This document shows, in pieces, positions 12,012 to 28,117 of a stretch of DNA of 64,000 nt (the first letter of the stretch is position 1; every line of letters starts with the position of its first letter). The notes under the pieces are model-generated. The model saw only the letters and a program-made list of their open reading frames with translations. It did not search any database and had not been told where the DNA came from. The position numbers were made by a program, and so were the translations under genes. The stretch is from Moniliella sp. 'wahieum' (taxonomy: Eukaryota): positions 310,001-374,000 of the forward strand of contig RSEE01000003.1 in assembly GCA_003971905.1 (NCBI GenBank), read 5' to 3'.

Positions 12012-15000
12012 ATGTCCGCCCCTTCCCCCGCCCATCCCGGCGTGCCGTCCAAGCCGCGCCTCGCCGCGCCTCCCCTCGCCGCCCCCGACACCGCGTCGCC
12101 CATGGTGTCCATCCCCGCCTCGGCCCCGCCGTCGGCGCACGCCGGCAGCCCTGCCTCTGCCCCCTCCGTCGCCCGTCGGCCACGCACCTGCGCACGCTCC
12201 AGCCCCTGTCTGAGCGTGCACGTAGCAAGCGCCCTTTCGTCGACCCAAATTTGCCGCTGGACCAGCTACGCAACGACATGCTCCACGAGACCGAGGGTCT
12301 CATCCCGCTCCGCGACATGGTCATCCGCATGGCCAATTTTGCCTATGAGAGTTTCCTCAACCTAGGCGAGACGTGCGTGCCCTGCTTCCCCCGCCTGCGT
12401 CTCTGTTGCGGTGTCTGTCGGCCCCTACTGACCCAGCTTCTGCGTTCAGCATGGGCTCCTTGTCGGGCGACGAGCGACGCAAGAAAATATTCGACACTGT
12501 TCTGGATGTGCGCCGACAACTGGCCAAGTTGCTCGTGGTAGTCATGTGGCGTCCAAGTCCAAAGCGGCGCTGCAGACACGCGACCTGATTGGTCTGGTGA
12601 ATGAGCAGTTTGGTCAGGCCAACCAAGTGATCCATGACTTGATCGCTGTTCGAAAGAGCTTGCCGGGCGCACGAGTGCGACACTATGATATTCTCTCTGC
12701 AATCGACGTGCTCAGCACGGGAAACTACCACCTTGCGCCCGCCTCGGTCACCGGGCTTCCTCCCGACGCCGACGAGCTGTCTGACAAGGAGCAACTGGCT
12801 ATCATTGATGCTCTTTCGTCAGCTGTGCGTCTCCGCCTCGCATGCGGGGAGGACCTGCCATCGGAATTGGCAGAGTACAGTGTCCAGGATGGCAAGGCGA
12901 CTCTACGCGCCGAGGGTCTCTTTACGGCTCAAGTCACCCTATCGGGAAACGAGCCCCATGACCGATGGTATCTGCTCTCCATCGAGTTCCACCTCACGGT
13001 CACCGGCGCCGGTTCGGCCCGCTTCCCTTCCAAGCCCAACGACATCCAAAAAGCTCTCATTCTCTCTCAGGCTGACAGCATCTTATCCCCACCACCGCCT
13101 CCCAATGCCAGTGAGGAGGCGGAGGAGGAAGCCCTGCCCCCCCCACCGGATCGCAAGGCACTTCAACGACTCTTCCACTACCTCCGTCAAGCGGCCTTGA
13201 CATACCAACTCGAAATTCTTCACTACCAAGCCCTCCATCTCGCCAGTCGCGAGTGGGGGTCCAATATACAAGTCCGTTGGAACCCAGGCACTTCGCTTGA
13301 GCTTACTTACTGGTTCCAGCAACGAGCCGAACCACGACGCGGTACAACTGAGCTGCCCGCTCCCAATTGCCTTTCCCCTGGAACGATCACCATCACACCT
13401 CCCGTCCTGGAGGCGCATGCTACCGACGAGCTGCTGGCTCCGCCCCTGCGCTCTCATCTTTCGGCCCATTGGTCCGCCCCCGGCTTGGGGGTGTCGGAAT
13501 CCAGAGCCTTGCAACCCGACGCGTTAGACTTGGAGACAACGCTGCGTCAAACAACGAGCGAGCATGCGCATCGCGCCTTGGAGCACTTGGTGCGCCCCTG
13601 TCAGGGCAGTACACTCACCTCGATGGATCGCAACGACGGCAAGCGGCAACGCTCCCGCTCCCAGCGGACCTGGCGCTGGAACTGAGCCTGAGCACCGTGT
13701 CGGGCGCATTGAGCGCAGCGGTCGTTCCTGCCGGTGCAGGAGGGGACCATGTGCTTCTGTCCTTATCGCAAGGGCCGTACGGTACGCTGCTCGCCCCGCT
13801 GGGCGCACGCCTGCGTAAAGACCCGAACCAGATGCTGGCTTCATGGCAAGAAGTGGCATTGGAGGTGTTGCTGCAAGACCTGGAGCAGCGAATCACGTTT
13901 GCGGGACTGCCGTTGGTACGTACGCTGCCGCTCAACGAGGCGGCATGGATGCAGCTGGACCCAACATTACAGGCGAGCTATGTGTTTGTGCCGGTGCGGG
14001 CGGGGCGTACCTGGTGGTGGGCGCAACGATGCACGCGACGCGGGTAGGGCTGATGGAGACGGTCAAGTCGGCCGGCGAGGCATCCGGTACGCTGCTGCTA
14101 CAGACCATTCGGTGGCTTGACCGCGCCCAGCTAGCCAGCAAAATTGCTCCGTCCACCTGGTCTGCCGATGCGCCCTTGTCGACCGAGGAAATCCGATGGT
14201 TGCACGACTATGCCCGGGTTGTCGCTTCGTACGCCAGTGTGCAGCAGAAGCTTGCCTTCTACCACGCACCCACAACCTTGGTCCACACTCGGCCTGTGGC
14301 TTTGCAAGACAAGGACAAAACAGATGGGAACGAATGGGAAGCACTCGTCCCCTCTCTCTCGATCGAGGCAGCGCCACTGCTGGGCGAGCTGGCAGCGTGG
14401 GTGCGGCCCAACTTGTTTGCTCGGGTCGAGGGGGAAGGAATGTGTTTTGCCCTGTGCTGGTCGTACGAGGTGGGCTTGTCGGATGAGCCGATGCGTTCCG
14501 AGGAAGGGCTGGAGGTGCGATTTGATCCGTCGACACGTGTGATGCGCATCAGTTCGCCCCATGCGGCTCAGGCGGTGGAGCAGGTGCGCGAGCTTGCCGT
14601 GCGTTTGCTCCGGGTGGTTGTGTTGGCGCGTGCAGTGTTATCGCTGCAGGGCAAAAAGGAGGTCCCGCACCTCGGCTTGCAGCAGACAAGGCTGGACCAG
14701 GTCCGCTTTGTCTATGCCAACCGGGCGCTGGCGACGGTGCGCTGGGAGAACGTCAAGAGCGGATGGGAGTATCGGTTGGATGTCGAGCGCTTGCCCCACC
14801 CTTCCTACCCGCATCGCAAACCCGAACGCAACCCGCACGAATGGACATGCTACTTTCTCGAGGCTTACCTCAACGCACCAGGCAACAAGCAGATGGTCCA
14901 CTGGATCCGCTTCCTTCGTCTGTTGCGGGACACGTTCCCGGTGTTGGATGCACTGCAGGGGCTGCAAGCGGCCCATGCGGTCCCGCCAGATAACGTGCCC

Positions 15001-15458
15001 CGGTTCGACATTGATGCGCTGGGCGTGTCCCATGTGCTAGTCACCTTTGGCGGCGGTACGTAGTCTCTCTGCTGCTGCTGCTTTGTTTTCACTGACTGAC
15101 TTTGTGTTTTATTTTGCTCTGTCATTCTTTCATCCAGGAGTGCACTCGACATCCGCCTCATCTCGCAATCCCGCCTCCTTCTGACGGACAGCGTGCGCTC
15201 GTCGGCCTACTCGAACCAGTACCCCTGCTTGGGCTACTCGGTGCACGCGGCCTACAACCCGCTGAGCGAGTTTGAGGCGGTGCTGGCACGGGCCACGGCG
15301 CGCTCGCGAGCGCTGCTGCCCCCGTCCAAGCACACGCGGCTGCTCAACTTGCGCCAGTTGCTGTGCACGGCGGACGAGCCGACGGCGCGGACGGTGGTGC
15401 GGGAGGTGGTGGAGGGCATCCTGGCCCAGGGCGCGCCGTGGCGCAGGCGGGCGGCTGA
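12012..15458 (+). CDS. MED14: Mediator subunit 14
   Basis: LIPLRDMVIRMANFAYESFLNLGET, intron, RKKIFDTVLDVRRQLAKLLVVVMWAS, ARVRHYDILSAIDVLSTG, YSVQDGKATLRAEGLF, YQLEILHYQA. A second intron lies at about 15056-15138. The 3' end is approximate. Confidence 0.88.
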
Positions 15459-15890
15459 GCGGGGGGGATGGAGGAGGCGGTTTGATCGTACCAGTTTGTG
15501 TGGGCTGGGCAGATGCCATAGGACTGCTGCGAGGAGAGAGCGATTGGGTTGTGTGCCGAGGCGCGGAATGGGATCGGCTGCTGGCATGCACGGGGGCCTC
15601 AGAGCAGCCGCCAGGGGCTTATGCATTATGCACGCGCTTATGCCGCACGGCGCTGCGGGCGGCGGCGGTGGGGCACTGCGCCGACAGCGCACCAGTGCCC
15701 ACCCCACCCCCCCGCCTCTCCCCGCACGGGGGCAGTGCAGCGCCCCCCTCTTTAATTAGTCCAACGCGCGCCGCCTCCTTCTTGCGCTGCTGGCTGGATA
15801 AAACGCATAGTACCTTCTGCTTGCCTCCTCCAGCCCCGGCGCCGAACACCACCCCCACCCCCCCCACCACCACCACCCTTGCCGACGGCC

Positions 15891-18800
15891 ATGGCTGCTG
15901 CCCTCGTCCCGCCTGCCCCTCCGCCCGAATGGACGCCCGCCGCGCCCAAACGAGTCGTCTCCCTCGTCGACTTCCCGCCCGACTGGCGGCCTCTCAAGGC
16001 CCCCGTCCTCCTTCTCAAGCAGATCCCCCCATGCTACCCCCCAAATGCTTGCCCAGGTCGCCTTTGCCCACTGCCTCCCCGTCAAGTTGATCTCTCCCCC
16101 GCCGAGTCCGACACGGGCAACAGCTGTGGTAAAGTCTTCTTCCAGACCCTCGACAAGGCCGAACTGGCTCGGTGGCCACGCTCGGCGGCACCTCGGGCCC
16201 CGTCCGCGTTGCCCCGCCACCGGGCGGAATCGGCCGTCAATTGAAGGATCGGACCCAAACCGATTGGATACGGCTTGCACACGCATGTCTACCCCCTTCC
16301 GTCCCTGACGGTAACCCAACAGCTTTGGCGTCCGTCAAGCGGGCCGGTGCGACGCCTGGACGTTCGTCGGAACAATGTACCCATCCCCCATGCCCGCACT
16401 GCCTCCCTCGCCTCTGTTCCTGAGGGACAGCCGCCCCGAGTGATGGTCCTGGAAAACCAGAATCGAAGAAAAAAAACAGACGGCGGTCCTAGTTCAGTTT
16501 ACGCGCCGGCGGCGGCCACTCGGCTGAGCAGCAAGGTCGCTGCCTGGGTCGAGTCCCACCAGGAAGATGAGCAAGATCAGCCGCCGGGACCGATCACGGT
16601 GTATGCCTACGAGGAGTGGAAAAAGATGTACGAGTCCCATGTGAACGGATCTCGGCTGCCTCCTCAACAAAGACTCTGCTTCCCCACTTGGTCATCAAGC
16701 CGCGAGCGTCTGGCACGTCAGGCATCCCCCCCCAGACCCCGCGTTGGCAGCGACGCCCATCCTGGGCCCGCTCATGGACACTCGGATCGGACCGGTCACA
16801 CCGCTTTTGACCTCTCATCGCGCTCCTCCGGCCACCTCTACCCCTCTTCTGACCGCCCACCCGCACCCCACCGCATCGTCCCCGCCCTTGACCCCGCTCA
16901 CGCCCGCAGTGGTCAAGGCCAACTTTCGCACCTCGGTTTATGCCTCGCTGGAAAAACACTTTAATCCTACCTTACCCACCGTGACCGACGCGGAGGACAC
17001 GGACATACCGCCATTACCATCGAGGCGGCCGTGCGCGACGAGAACCAGCCAAGTTTGTTGACTGCCTCCAAATCCGTCCATAAAGCACGAGGACCCCGAC
17101 CCGTCACGTCCAACCTCCTTTCCCCTCGCCGGCCCGGAAAACATTCCTCTTCCTTCGACGCCCCAACTCAACCACCCGTCCGACCGTTCGTGCCCCGCTC
17201 CCTACCCTTCTACGGAGAGCAAAAGGGCCTCCGAAACGCCACGACGGAAGCGCCTCGCCCTTTCTGCTACCTCGTACCCCTACCCCAACGCCGGCGGTAA
17301 AAGCGCAGCCTCTGGGACCACCCATCGAACCTTCCATCCCGACTCTCTTTTCTCCGTTACCGGGACCGACCAAGGTGCCTCCTCTCAGCAGTGCAGCCAG
17401 TCCGTCCAAGCCTGGCGACAACCAGTCGTAACGGTTTTGGTTCCTCCCAAGAAAGCTACGGAGGACACGGTAGCGGAGCGGTGCCGAAGGCAGCAACCTC
17501 CACCGAGGAAGCCACTCCCGCGGGCGACGTCGCACCAGTTGGGAGCTGACAGAGGAACATTTGCTCCGCCTGCCCCCAAGGTCAAGGAGCAAGTGATTTC
17601 AGCCCTGTTGGAGAGGGGAGTGCGCGCGCTGCTTCGACCCATGGGCCCGGCACCGGCGCATCAGCGGCCGAGCTTCCAAGCGGCCGCTCAGACGGAAGCA
17701 GCGTTTGCACCCACCGCTGGCACTGGGGCTGCCCACCCGCATGTGCTGGAAGCCAACCGTGGGGCCGAAGGGGCGGCGGCCATCTTGGGCCTGGACGCGC
17801 GTGTGGCAGCGGTAACAGAGGGTATCGCTAGCTCCCTCTCTTCCGAAGCACTGCTATATGCGCTGAACCACCCCCATGCGCTCGCCCAGGCCGTACGTAC
17901 CGCGCAGCACAAAGCGCGCGTTGGCCAGCAACCTAGCAGCAGTGCTGCGTCGCCCACCAACAAGGTCCGCTTCGATGTCCCGCCCTCGCTGCCCAGCCCC
18001 GAGGGTCCTGCGCCTTCTCAACCCACCATGCCCCCTCCCCCCCCACCAAGGGCTGGGACGACCTTGCGTTGGGCGGCTCCATCGTCCTGGATGCTGGACC
18101 GGGTACCATGTTGGCAGAACTTTGCAGACGCCGCCCAATCCTGTTCCCTTGCGTGCGACCCAGGAGGGGACGGTGGCCAAGGGCGCGTCCGCCTCGGAGC
18201 GCAAGGCCCTCCTTGCCAAGGTCCGCGCCGCCTACCCTTCAGGAACGTCCGAGCAGTGCAGCGCAGCTGTGGCGGCGCTTGTTATGCTGCCCAAGGACGT
18301 CCGGCGCCGGGTGCTCATTTCCCGCAAAAAGCTCCACGATGCGCTGGCCAAGATTGAGGCCCAACGCCCCTGGGCCTTTACACCCGAACCACCTGCTCCC
18401 ACCCAGACCAAGCCATGGGCGAAGCAACCGACGACTGTTGCGGATGCTATTCTCGCTCGGTCTCCTCCGCCTCCGCCTCCTCCGACTCCTGCGCTCCGTC
18501 CTTGCAGGAGATGGGGTCGCCCAACGTGCCTTTGCCGCGACGGTTTCCATGCAAAGCGCCCGCGGGTTCTCGTCGGAGCACAAGGCGCCCCATCGCGCAC
18601 GGATTCGCCTGGGCGCAATATGGATCCACCCCTTGGCGTGGCTGCTCTGGCACGTCTTTCGGCTTTGGAGGTGGACAAGTTGGTTCGTGCGTATGCGGTG
18701 GACGTGGCCCCCGGGGGTCTTGCCCACGGGTATGTCCCAAGCGCGCGCTCCGCAGGCAAAAAGATCGCTTTGAAACCGAAGCGTGGCTAGCCGGGCTGGA

Positions 18801-19202
18801 AAAGCGCAGTGTGCCCGACCAGAAGCAAGCGGTTGGCGAACGCATCTTCCCGCTTGTCAAGGCCGCGCTCGCAGCGGCCGGGCACCGCCGTCCGGGAGCA
18901 CGACGCGTCAGTACGTATTTCTCTTGTGCCTTACTTGTTTCTTTGCGAAGCATGACTACTTCCCTGCTGACCTCTATCGGTGCCTAGCTATCGCCCTGTT
19001 GGACCATGAAGATACGCACGCGTTGGCTCACATTGCTATGGCCCTCCCGGCGGTGGTGGCAGAGAAGGCAAAGAGCTGGGCCGCACGGTTGGCCCAAGAC
19101 GAGGAGAACGTTTCGATGATCGGGTCCAGTGTCGCCGTCACCCAGCCGTCCCGCATTGCCGTCTGGGCTGAACGTACGACCGCGGAGCTGCATGGAATGT
19201 AG
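15891..19202 (+). CDS. Rrm4-like protein: degenerate N-terminal RRM, long disordered linker, C-terminal MLLE/PABC-like domains
   Basis: C-terminus WLAGLEKRSVPDQKQAVGERIFPLVK..PGARR(intron)LAIALLDHEDTHALAHIAMALPAVVAEK is MLLE-like. N-terminus APVLLLKQIPP..CGKVFFQTLDKAELA is RRM-like. Confidence 0.65.
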
Positions 19203-19600
19203 GTTGTAGTCGAGGCTACTAGCTCGAGTGAGGCGGGGCCTCAAAATCCGAATGTCGTCACGTTGATCGGTCAGATTGATCTTCCTGTTTTGCCTTTTCT
19301 CTCAATCGGGTCGGCTGGGTGAAACGCTGCTGCGTTTGTAAGCGTCTACCACCCCTAAAAATGCACATGTCCTTGTCTTTTCCTCCTCTCTTTGCTGCCT
19401 TCGCAGGTGGAACAGAAGCACGGTTGCGTGAATAAGGGTAAGTTGGGCATTGCCACATCACCAAGTGCGGTAAAGAGATCTGGACTATATGGTACACAAG
19501 CGCAAATGCGGTAGCTGATGCAAATTTAGGTTGTATAGAGAGGCGTACCAACGCGGGCACACCAGAGTGACCTAGGGCAGCCAAGCACATCAGTCCCAAT

Positions 19601-22029
<2,429 letters not shown>

Positions 22030-22996
22030 TTCCTCCCTCTCTTGTCATCCTTATCTGCTCATACCCTCCGTTTTCAATCCCATGTTGTTCGTCGGCACAG
22101 GTGGCCCCGGAGGATCCTTAACGTAGAAGTCTTGTGAGAAGTCTCGAGCGGGTCATTGACCCCAAGCGGTCCCTGGGTTACGGCATTTGTACCGAGCATC
22201 ATCACACACATTAGCTGGACACCTGCACGCTCTGACCTGTTCGCACGCTCCGACACATTCATGGCAGGTTTCGCGTTGTAGCCCAACACATCCTTTATCT
22301 GCGGCAGCAGACAGTGTATACAACTGGTACCAGGCAAGGCCACGGACAAATGATAGCGAGCATAGGAACGCGGAACTTTTTGGAAAATACTTCCAGGTGG
22401 AACTAAGAGACGCCGGACGCGGCGATGGGGATGATCGAGAGACCTGAGGGCGAGAGAATCTGAGCATCACGCGCGGAGAAGCTGGAAGCCGAGAGCTGTA
22501 GCTGCGAGGGAGATGGGGCCGACATGGGTGAGGATGGAGATGGAGATAGGCGCCGAGATGGTACTGGGCGCTGGGCTGCAGTGTGGACAGAGGAAGGAGC
22601 AGTGCGCAGCCGACAGTGTCGCACAGGAGCAAAGACCCAAACCACCCTCTATCTCTCTGGGTGGAGAGACACTCCTTACTGGCTTGGTGCGGACGGGCAA
22701 TTATCCGCCCATGCCCCAGAAGCCCCCCGGCGGCACTGGCCCAGTGTGCCACTATATGTCCGCGTGCCCAGCAGGGGCACAGTGTGCGGGGTGTCCTTGC
22801 AAGTTTCAGAGTTCAAGCATAGGCCTGATGATATCCTGATAGCTACTTTGCGGCCAGGCGAGTTTTCCCGCGGCTGAACCGACGATACCGGCTGCCAGGA
22901 TTTCGCTTCAGTTCGCTGTGGGCGGCGCTCAAGAAGCTTGCCTGCCCACCACCACCACCACCACCCCCTCCCACCTTCCCCCGCCCCTTTCCCGCC

Positions 22997-25474
22997 ATGT
23001 TCGCCCTTCGTCTCGGGCGCACTCTCTGCGCCGCCTGCCACCGGCCGCGCTCCCCCGGGCCGCGTCCTGGGCCCTGGGCCCTGTGCGCCTGTCCAGCTCC
23101 CTCGGCGCAGCTGCTGGCACGGGCATGCACAACGGCTTTGACCCCAATACGCTCGCCAGTCTCACCCCCGCGAGCAGAGCATTATCAAGCGTCGCGAGAA
23201 GACAATGGGACCTTCTTACCAGCTCATGTACCAGCATCCGGTTGAGCTCGTCAAGGGCAAGGGTCGTACATGTACGATCCTCAGGGCAACGCCTACCTCG
23301 ATTGCTACAACAATGTCGTCTCTGTTGGGCACTGCAATCCCCGGGTGGTGGAGGCTGTATACAAACAGATGCAGACGCTCAACACGCATACGCGGTACAT
23401 GCATGAGAACATCCTGGATTACTCTGACCAACTTTTGGCCACCTTGAGCCCCATCTGGGCCGTGTCATGTACACCTGCTCGGCGTCCGAGTCGGTTGACC
23501 TTGCTCTGCGGGTGGCCAAATTCAACACGGCGGCGCGGGGATCATCGTGACAAGCTATGCGTACCATGGAACCACAGACCGCTTGCAGCCATCTCCTCAA
23601 CGATGGGTACGCATGTTCCGCTCGACCGTGACGTGCGCACGGTCCGTGCTCCAGACCAGTATCGCTGCGACGATGTGGCCAAGCAGTTGGTGGATGACAT
23701 CAATGCGGCTGTGGACGACATGGAAAAACACGGGATCAAGTTTGCTGGGTTCATTGCCGACATGGCCTTCAGCACTGATGGTCTCTTTACCGAGCCTGCG
23801 GGTTTCCTCCAAGGGGCCATCGACGCAGTTCACAAGCGTGGGGGTCTCTTCATTGCCGACGAGGTCCAGCCCGGATTTGGCCGGACGGGTACTCACATGT
23901 GGGGATACCAGCGGCACGGGATCAAGCCTGACTTGGTGGTAATGGGCAAGCCGATGGGCAATGGCATCCCTATCGCGGCCATGGTCGCTCGTCCTGAGCT
24001 TCTTGACGAATTTGGCGAGAAAGTTAGGTACTTCAACACATTTGCTGGCAACCCTGTGTCTATTGCGGCTGCGAAGGCGACCCTAGACGAGATTCAAGGT
24101 GGGCTTCGCGAAAACTCGCGCAAGATGGGCGAGTACATTCTCAATGCGTTCCGCGAGATTCAGTTGGGCTATCCCCAGATCGGCCATGTCCGTGGTGCTG
24201 GGATGTACTTTGGAGTGGAGTACGTCAAGGATCGTATTACCAAAGAACCTGATGCAGCGCTTGCGGCAGAAGTGGTGCGAGAGATGCGGGAGCGCCGGAT
24301 CCTGATCTCGACCATGGGCCCCGAGGGGGCGACGCTTAAGATCCGTCCCCTCATCTCCTTTAACCAGAAGGAGGCAGATGAGTTGATCAATGGGCTCAAA
24401 GCGACCATGGAAAAGTTGTGCGGCAAAGCTGCGGTGCACACCGACCGCAATGAAGACGGGTTGGCAGCCAAGCAGATCCCACTCTCGACTGACTTTGCCG
24501 AGGGATCCTTAACGAGTTTTACGGGTTTGATGGCAAGGCTCACAAGCACAACAGCGAACGAGACCAGACTTTCTCGGCTAAGGCCAAGTCGGGTAACGGA
24601 GCGCTAATGATCAAGTTTGCCAATCCAGGCGAATCGCACGACGACTCCAACTTGCAAACCGAGCTGATCCTTTGGTTGGGCCGGAATGCTCCGGATGTCA
24701 AGGTGCCTCGTCAGATCCCGGCTCTTACTGGGGAGAATGAGCTGCACATTGACTGCCTAGGGCAAAAGCGGTACGTGCGCGTCAACTCTTTCCTTCCCGG
24801 CATTGTCATGATTGATGCCCCGCGCTCTGTTGCGCAAGCTGGCAACCATGGTCGTGAGGCGGCCAAGGTGACAAAGGGTTTGGAGGGTTTCTCCACCCAG
24901 GCATGCACAACATTCAAGTGTGGGACTTGCAGCACGCCCCGATCAACTACAAGAGCATTGACGTGATCAAGGACCCTGCCACGCGCGAGAAGTTGGAGCG
25001 GGTCTATGCCATGTTCCAAGAAAAGATCCAGCCCAAACTTCACACATTCCGTCGCCAACTGGTCCACAACGATCACTCGGCTTACAACTCCATGGTTGAC
25101 GCTGACCACCCCGAGGAGATCACGGGCATCATCGACTTTGGCGATGCAGTCGAGACAGCGATTGTGTTTGACGCGGCCATTGGAGCATACTATCATTTGG
25201 GCATTGGCAGCGAGGATCCTCTTGAGGCGCCGATTGCGTTCCTCAAGGGGTACAATGAGGTGGTCAAGCTTCTGCCCGAGGAAGCCGAGTTGCTGCACGA
25301 CTTGCTCTTGGTCCGCATTTTCAACAGTCTCATCATCAGCCACTCCGTGTTGTTGATTACCCTGAAAACGCCAAGTACCTTCTGCGCTTTGTCCCTGACG
25401 ACCTCAAGCACCTTGACATTCTACTCAACCACAGCGATGCTGAAAAGGCGCGTTTGGTTAAGGCCGTCGCTTAA
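22997..25474 (+). CDS. Fusion of a class-III PLP aminotransferase/phospho-lyase (ETNPPL/PHYKPL-like) and an APH-family hydroxylysine-kinase-like domain, with a putative mitochondrial presequence
   Basis: YLDCYNNVVSVGHCNP, LNTHTRY, FIADEVQPGFGRTG, GKPMGNG, YFNTFAGNPVS. Then NSERDQTF, IKFANPGE, RQLVHNDHSAYN, ITGIIDFGDAV. There is no stop between the two domains and no visible intron. Confidence 0.85.
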
Positions 25475-25788
25475 AGAGCACTTTGCGCCCTGCTATGATT
25501 GCATCCGAGTCAATATGATACTGCGCTTTGAACCATCCTATAGGTTGTAAGCAGGCGATTTGTTGTACCAATACTCGTATAGACAAGAGTCAATGACGAA
25601 GAGCGGATCCGTTCCGCCTGCAACACGCTCCCTTCAACCGCCTGTCATTTGTTATCCCCCGAAAAGTCACAGCACAGAGAAGCGTCCATTGCACCAGCAA
25701 AAAACAGATCGTTACAGGACGCATTTAGGTGGCGTCAGTACTTGTAGAAGGCGCGCTCTTTGCGGTACTTGACGCATCAGCGACCGAT

Positions 25789-27856
25789 TCAGTTTGAGCA
25801 TCCCCTCGCTGTTCTCTTTCTCCTGCTCAGCTTCCTCTGCTCGTCTCCCTCCTGCTCAGGCCGAGTTGGTGCCCTGGTGACCCTGCTCAGGTACCTCTTG
25901 GTCAGTCTCCTCTTGCCCAGACCCATCCTGCCAGACTCATCCTGCTCAGGCTCCGAGTCAAGAGAACCATCTGCTTGGCGCGCACGCATCCTTTCGAGCA
26001 TGTCCAGCTCAGCGTCGGGCCATGTCCAGATGTAGTCGCTAAGTGTACAAGGTCAGATACGGATAAAGCAAATTAAAGAGACACAGGCAATGTACGCTCC
26101 GTCCCATTTGGTAGGTTCGATCACGGATGCGGAGAGGGAACGTCTGGGCTGCCAACTTTCTTGGTCAATGCATCGGTATCCGCACGGCTTGTCCCATTGT
26201 TTTTCGGTTGGCGTGGATTCGCCGCGCGCGGGGAAGCGTCAGCACCGGGGAGGTCCCACCCGAGCTCTTTGGCCAGCCACGTCACCACCACGTCAGAGCT
26301 CCCAACAGCATAATGTCAGTCTGGAAGTGCATGATGGGCGTCTTGTTGATTACAATGACCGGCACCCGATGGGGCATGAAGGTCAACAGCTCGGCAACAG
26401 GAGCAACCTTGAGGGAAGTGCCGGCTACAATGATCAAGTCGGCCACGGGTCTATCCGCTTCGAGAAGCTGGTCAAACTGGCGGGAAAGTGCCTCACCAAA
26501 GAAAGTGATATCAGGCTAGGATAAAAGAAGACAGGTGAGTTATCAAAAGTTGCAAATGTGCAGGGCGAGGATGGATCGCGTACTTTAATACACCCATGCC
26601 AGGTGGCTCGTCATCTTCACTGTCTGATCCTGGGTCAACCAGAGAGCAGCACCATTCGAGCTCACCTTGGCCTTCTTGCGTCGTTTGTTTTCTCTCCCAG
26701 CACGCCGGGCCTGACAATCGGGACACATCGGCACCTCTTTGGCAAAGATGGCATCCTTGATCTCGCTTCCATCGACCCGCTTGGCGCACAGAGGGTTGGT
26801 GCGTAGCTGTGGCAAAGCTTCCGTGGCACTGCAATACGCGCGTGATCCCAGCGGATTGCTCGAGCGTGTCAATGTTCTGAGTATAGTTGCGCAGCAACTT
26901 GCCCTTGTCTTGCAAAAGCTTGACAAAACGATGGGAAGCAGATGGTTTGAAATTCGATGGGTAGATGGTATGGCTAATAGGATCGTTAGCCCGTCATCCT
27001 TACCCAGGCAAGGGGGCACTTACGCAAAATCAAAGAATATACTTGGGTTGGACATGAACTGCGACTTGTCAAACATGTCTTCAGGCTTGTCCAGACCATA
27101 CTTACCCTCGAGCGACGAGTAGATACCGTCACGAGAACGAAAATCGGGAATGCCGCAGGAAACACTAATACCTGCCCCCGTCAGAACAACGATATTGTCG
27201 GCGTTACGGATCAGGTTGACGGCATCCTCGGGCGAGTTGTACTGCATCAATCGGTTGCGATGACGTAGCCTAGTCGTTCATACCTTCAAAGGTCAATAAC
27301 CAGAGCAGATTTGCAGGCTGGAAGTCACACTCACAATCGCATCAAGACCGTTTTAAGTACCGCCACCAGGCGCACCGACGGAATCTCGACCCCAATGAAG
27401 TCATAAGGCTGCATGGCACACCAGTCAGTAATGGATTACAACTCAAGGGAGTGCGGCGTACCAGTAGAACCCTTGGCAATGAGAAAGTTGCGAATCTGGT
27501 GAAATAGAAGAGCTGGGTGTTAGTGCCTTTCAGTTTGACGGATCTGAGAACACGCACACTGAAGTCGGACTGAATGACATGGCGCTGGATCCAAAGAGAA
27601 ATCCCGAGGTCCTGAAGCTCTTCATCCAGACGAGCAAGTCTTTCCGGAGGGAAGTCAGCCTCCGTGGGTATCAGAAAGGTCAGTTTATTGGGGTTGGGCC
27701 GGGGGAGAAACAAAATAAGAGCACACGCAGCGTACCTTCGGCTGTGAGACGCTGGACAAAGCGCTCTGCCTCCTCAGGCGACATTCCGTCCAGCTCCTCG
27801 GCAGCTGCTACTTCGAGGGCACTGAGCTCGGAGGAGTCAATCCCCGAATCGACCAT
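25789..27856 (-). CDS. SIR2: NAD-dependent deacetylase, sirtuin class I
   Basis: [62 protein letters not shown]; several introns. The end is approximate. Confidence 0.9.
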
Positions 27857-28117
27857 TGCAGCTGGACTTGGCCACGATGGTAGTCAAGAGCCAAAAGATC
27901 GCCTCTTGGGCGAGCGAGCAGATTCAATATTCAACCCAAGGAGTGTTACGTCAGCACTCGGTTTGTTTAATATATGTGATGTAGCTGTGATGCGGGCGCG
28001 AGAAGGGGCAGTGCGGTGCAGTGCGTGGGCAATGCGTATGGCCCCCACGGACGGATGGTTATTTCCATGTAATTAATGTAGTGCAACACAAGTACCCCTA
28101 GTAACCGTGACCTTTGC

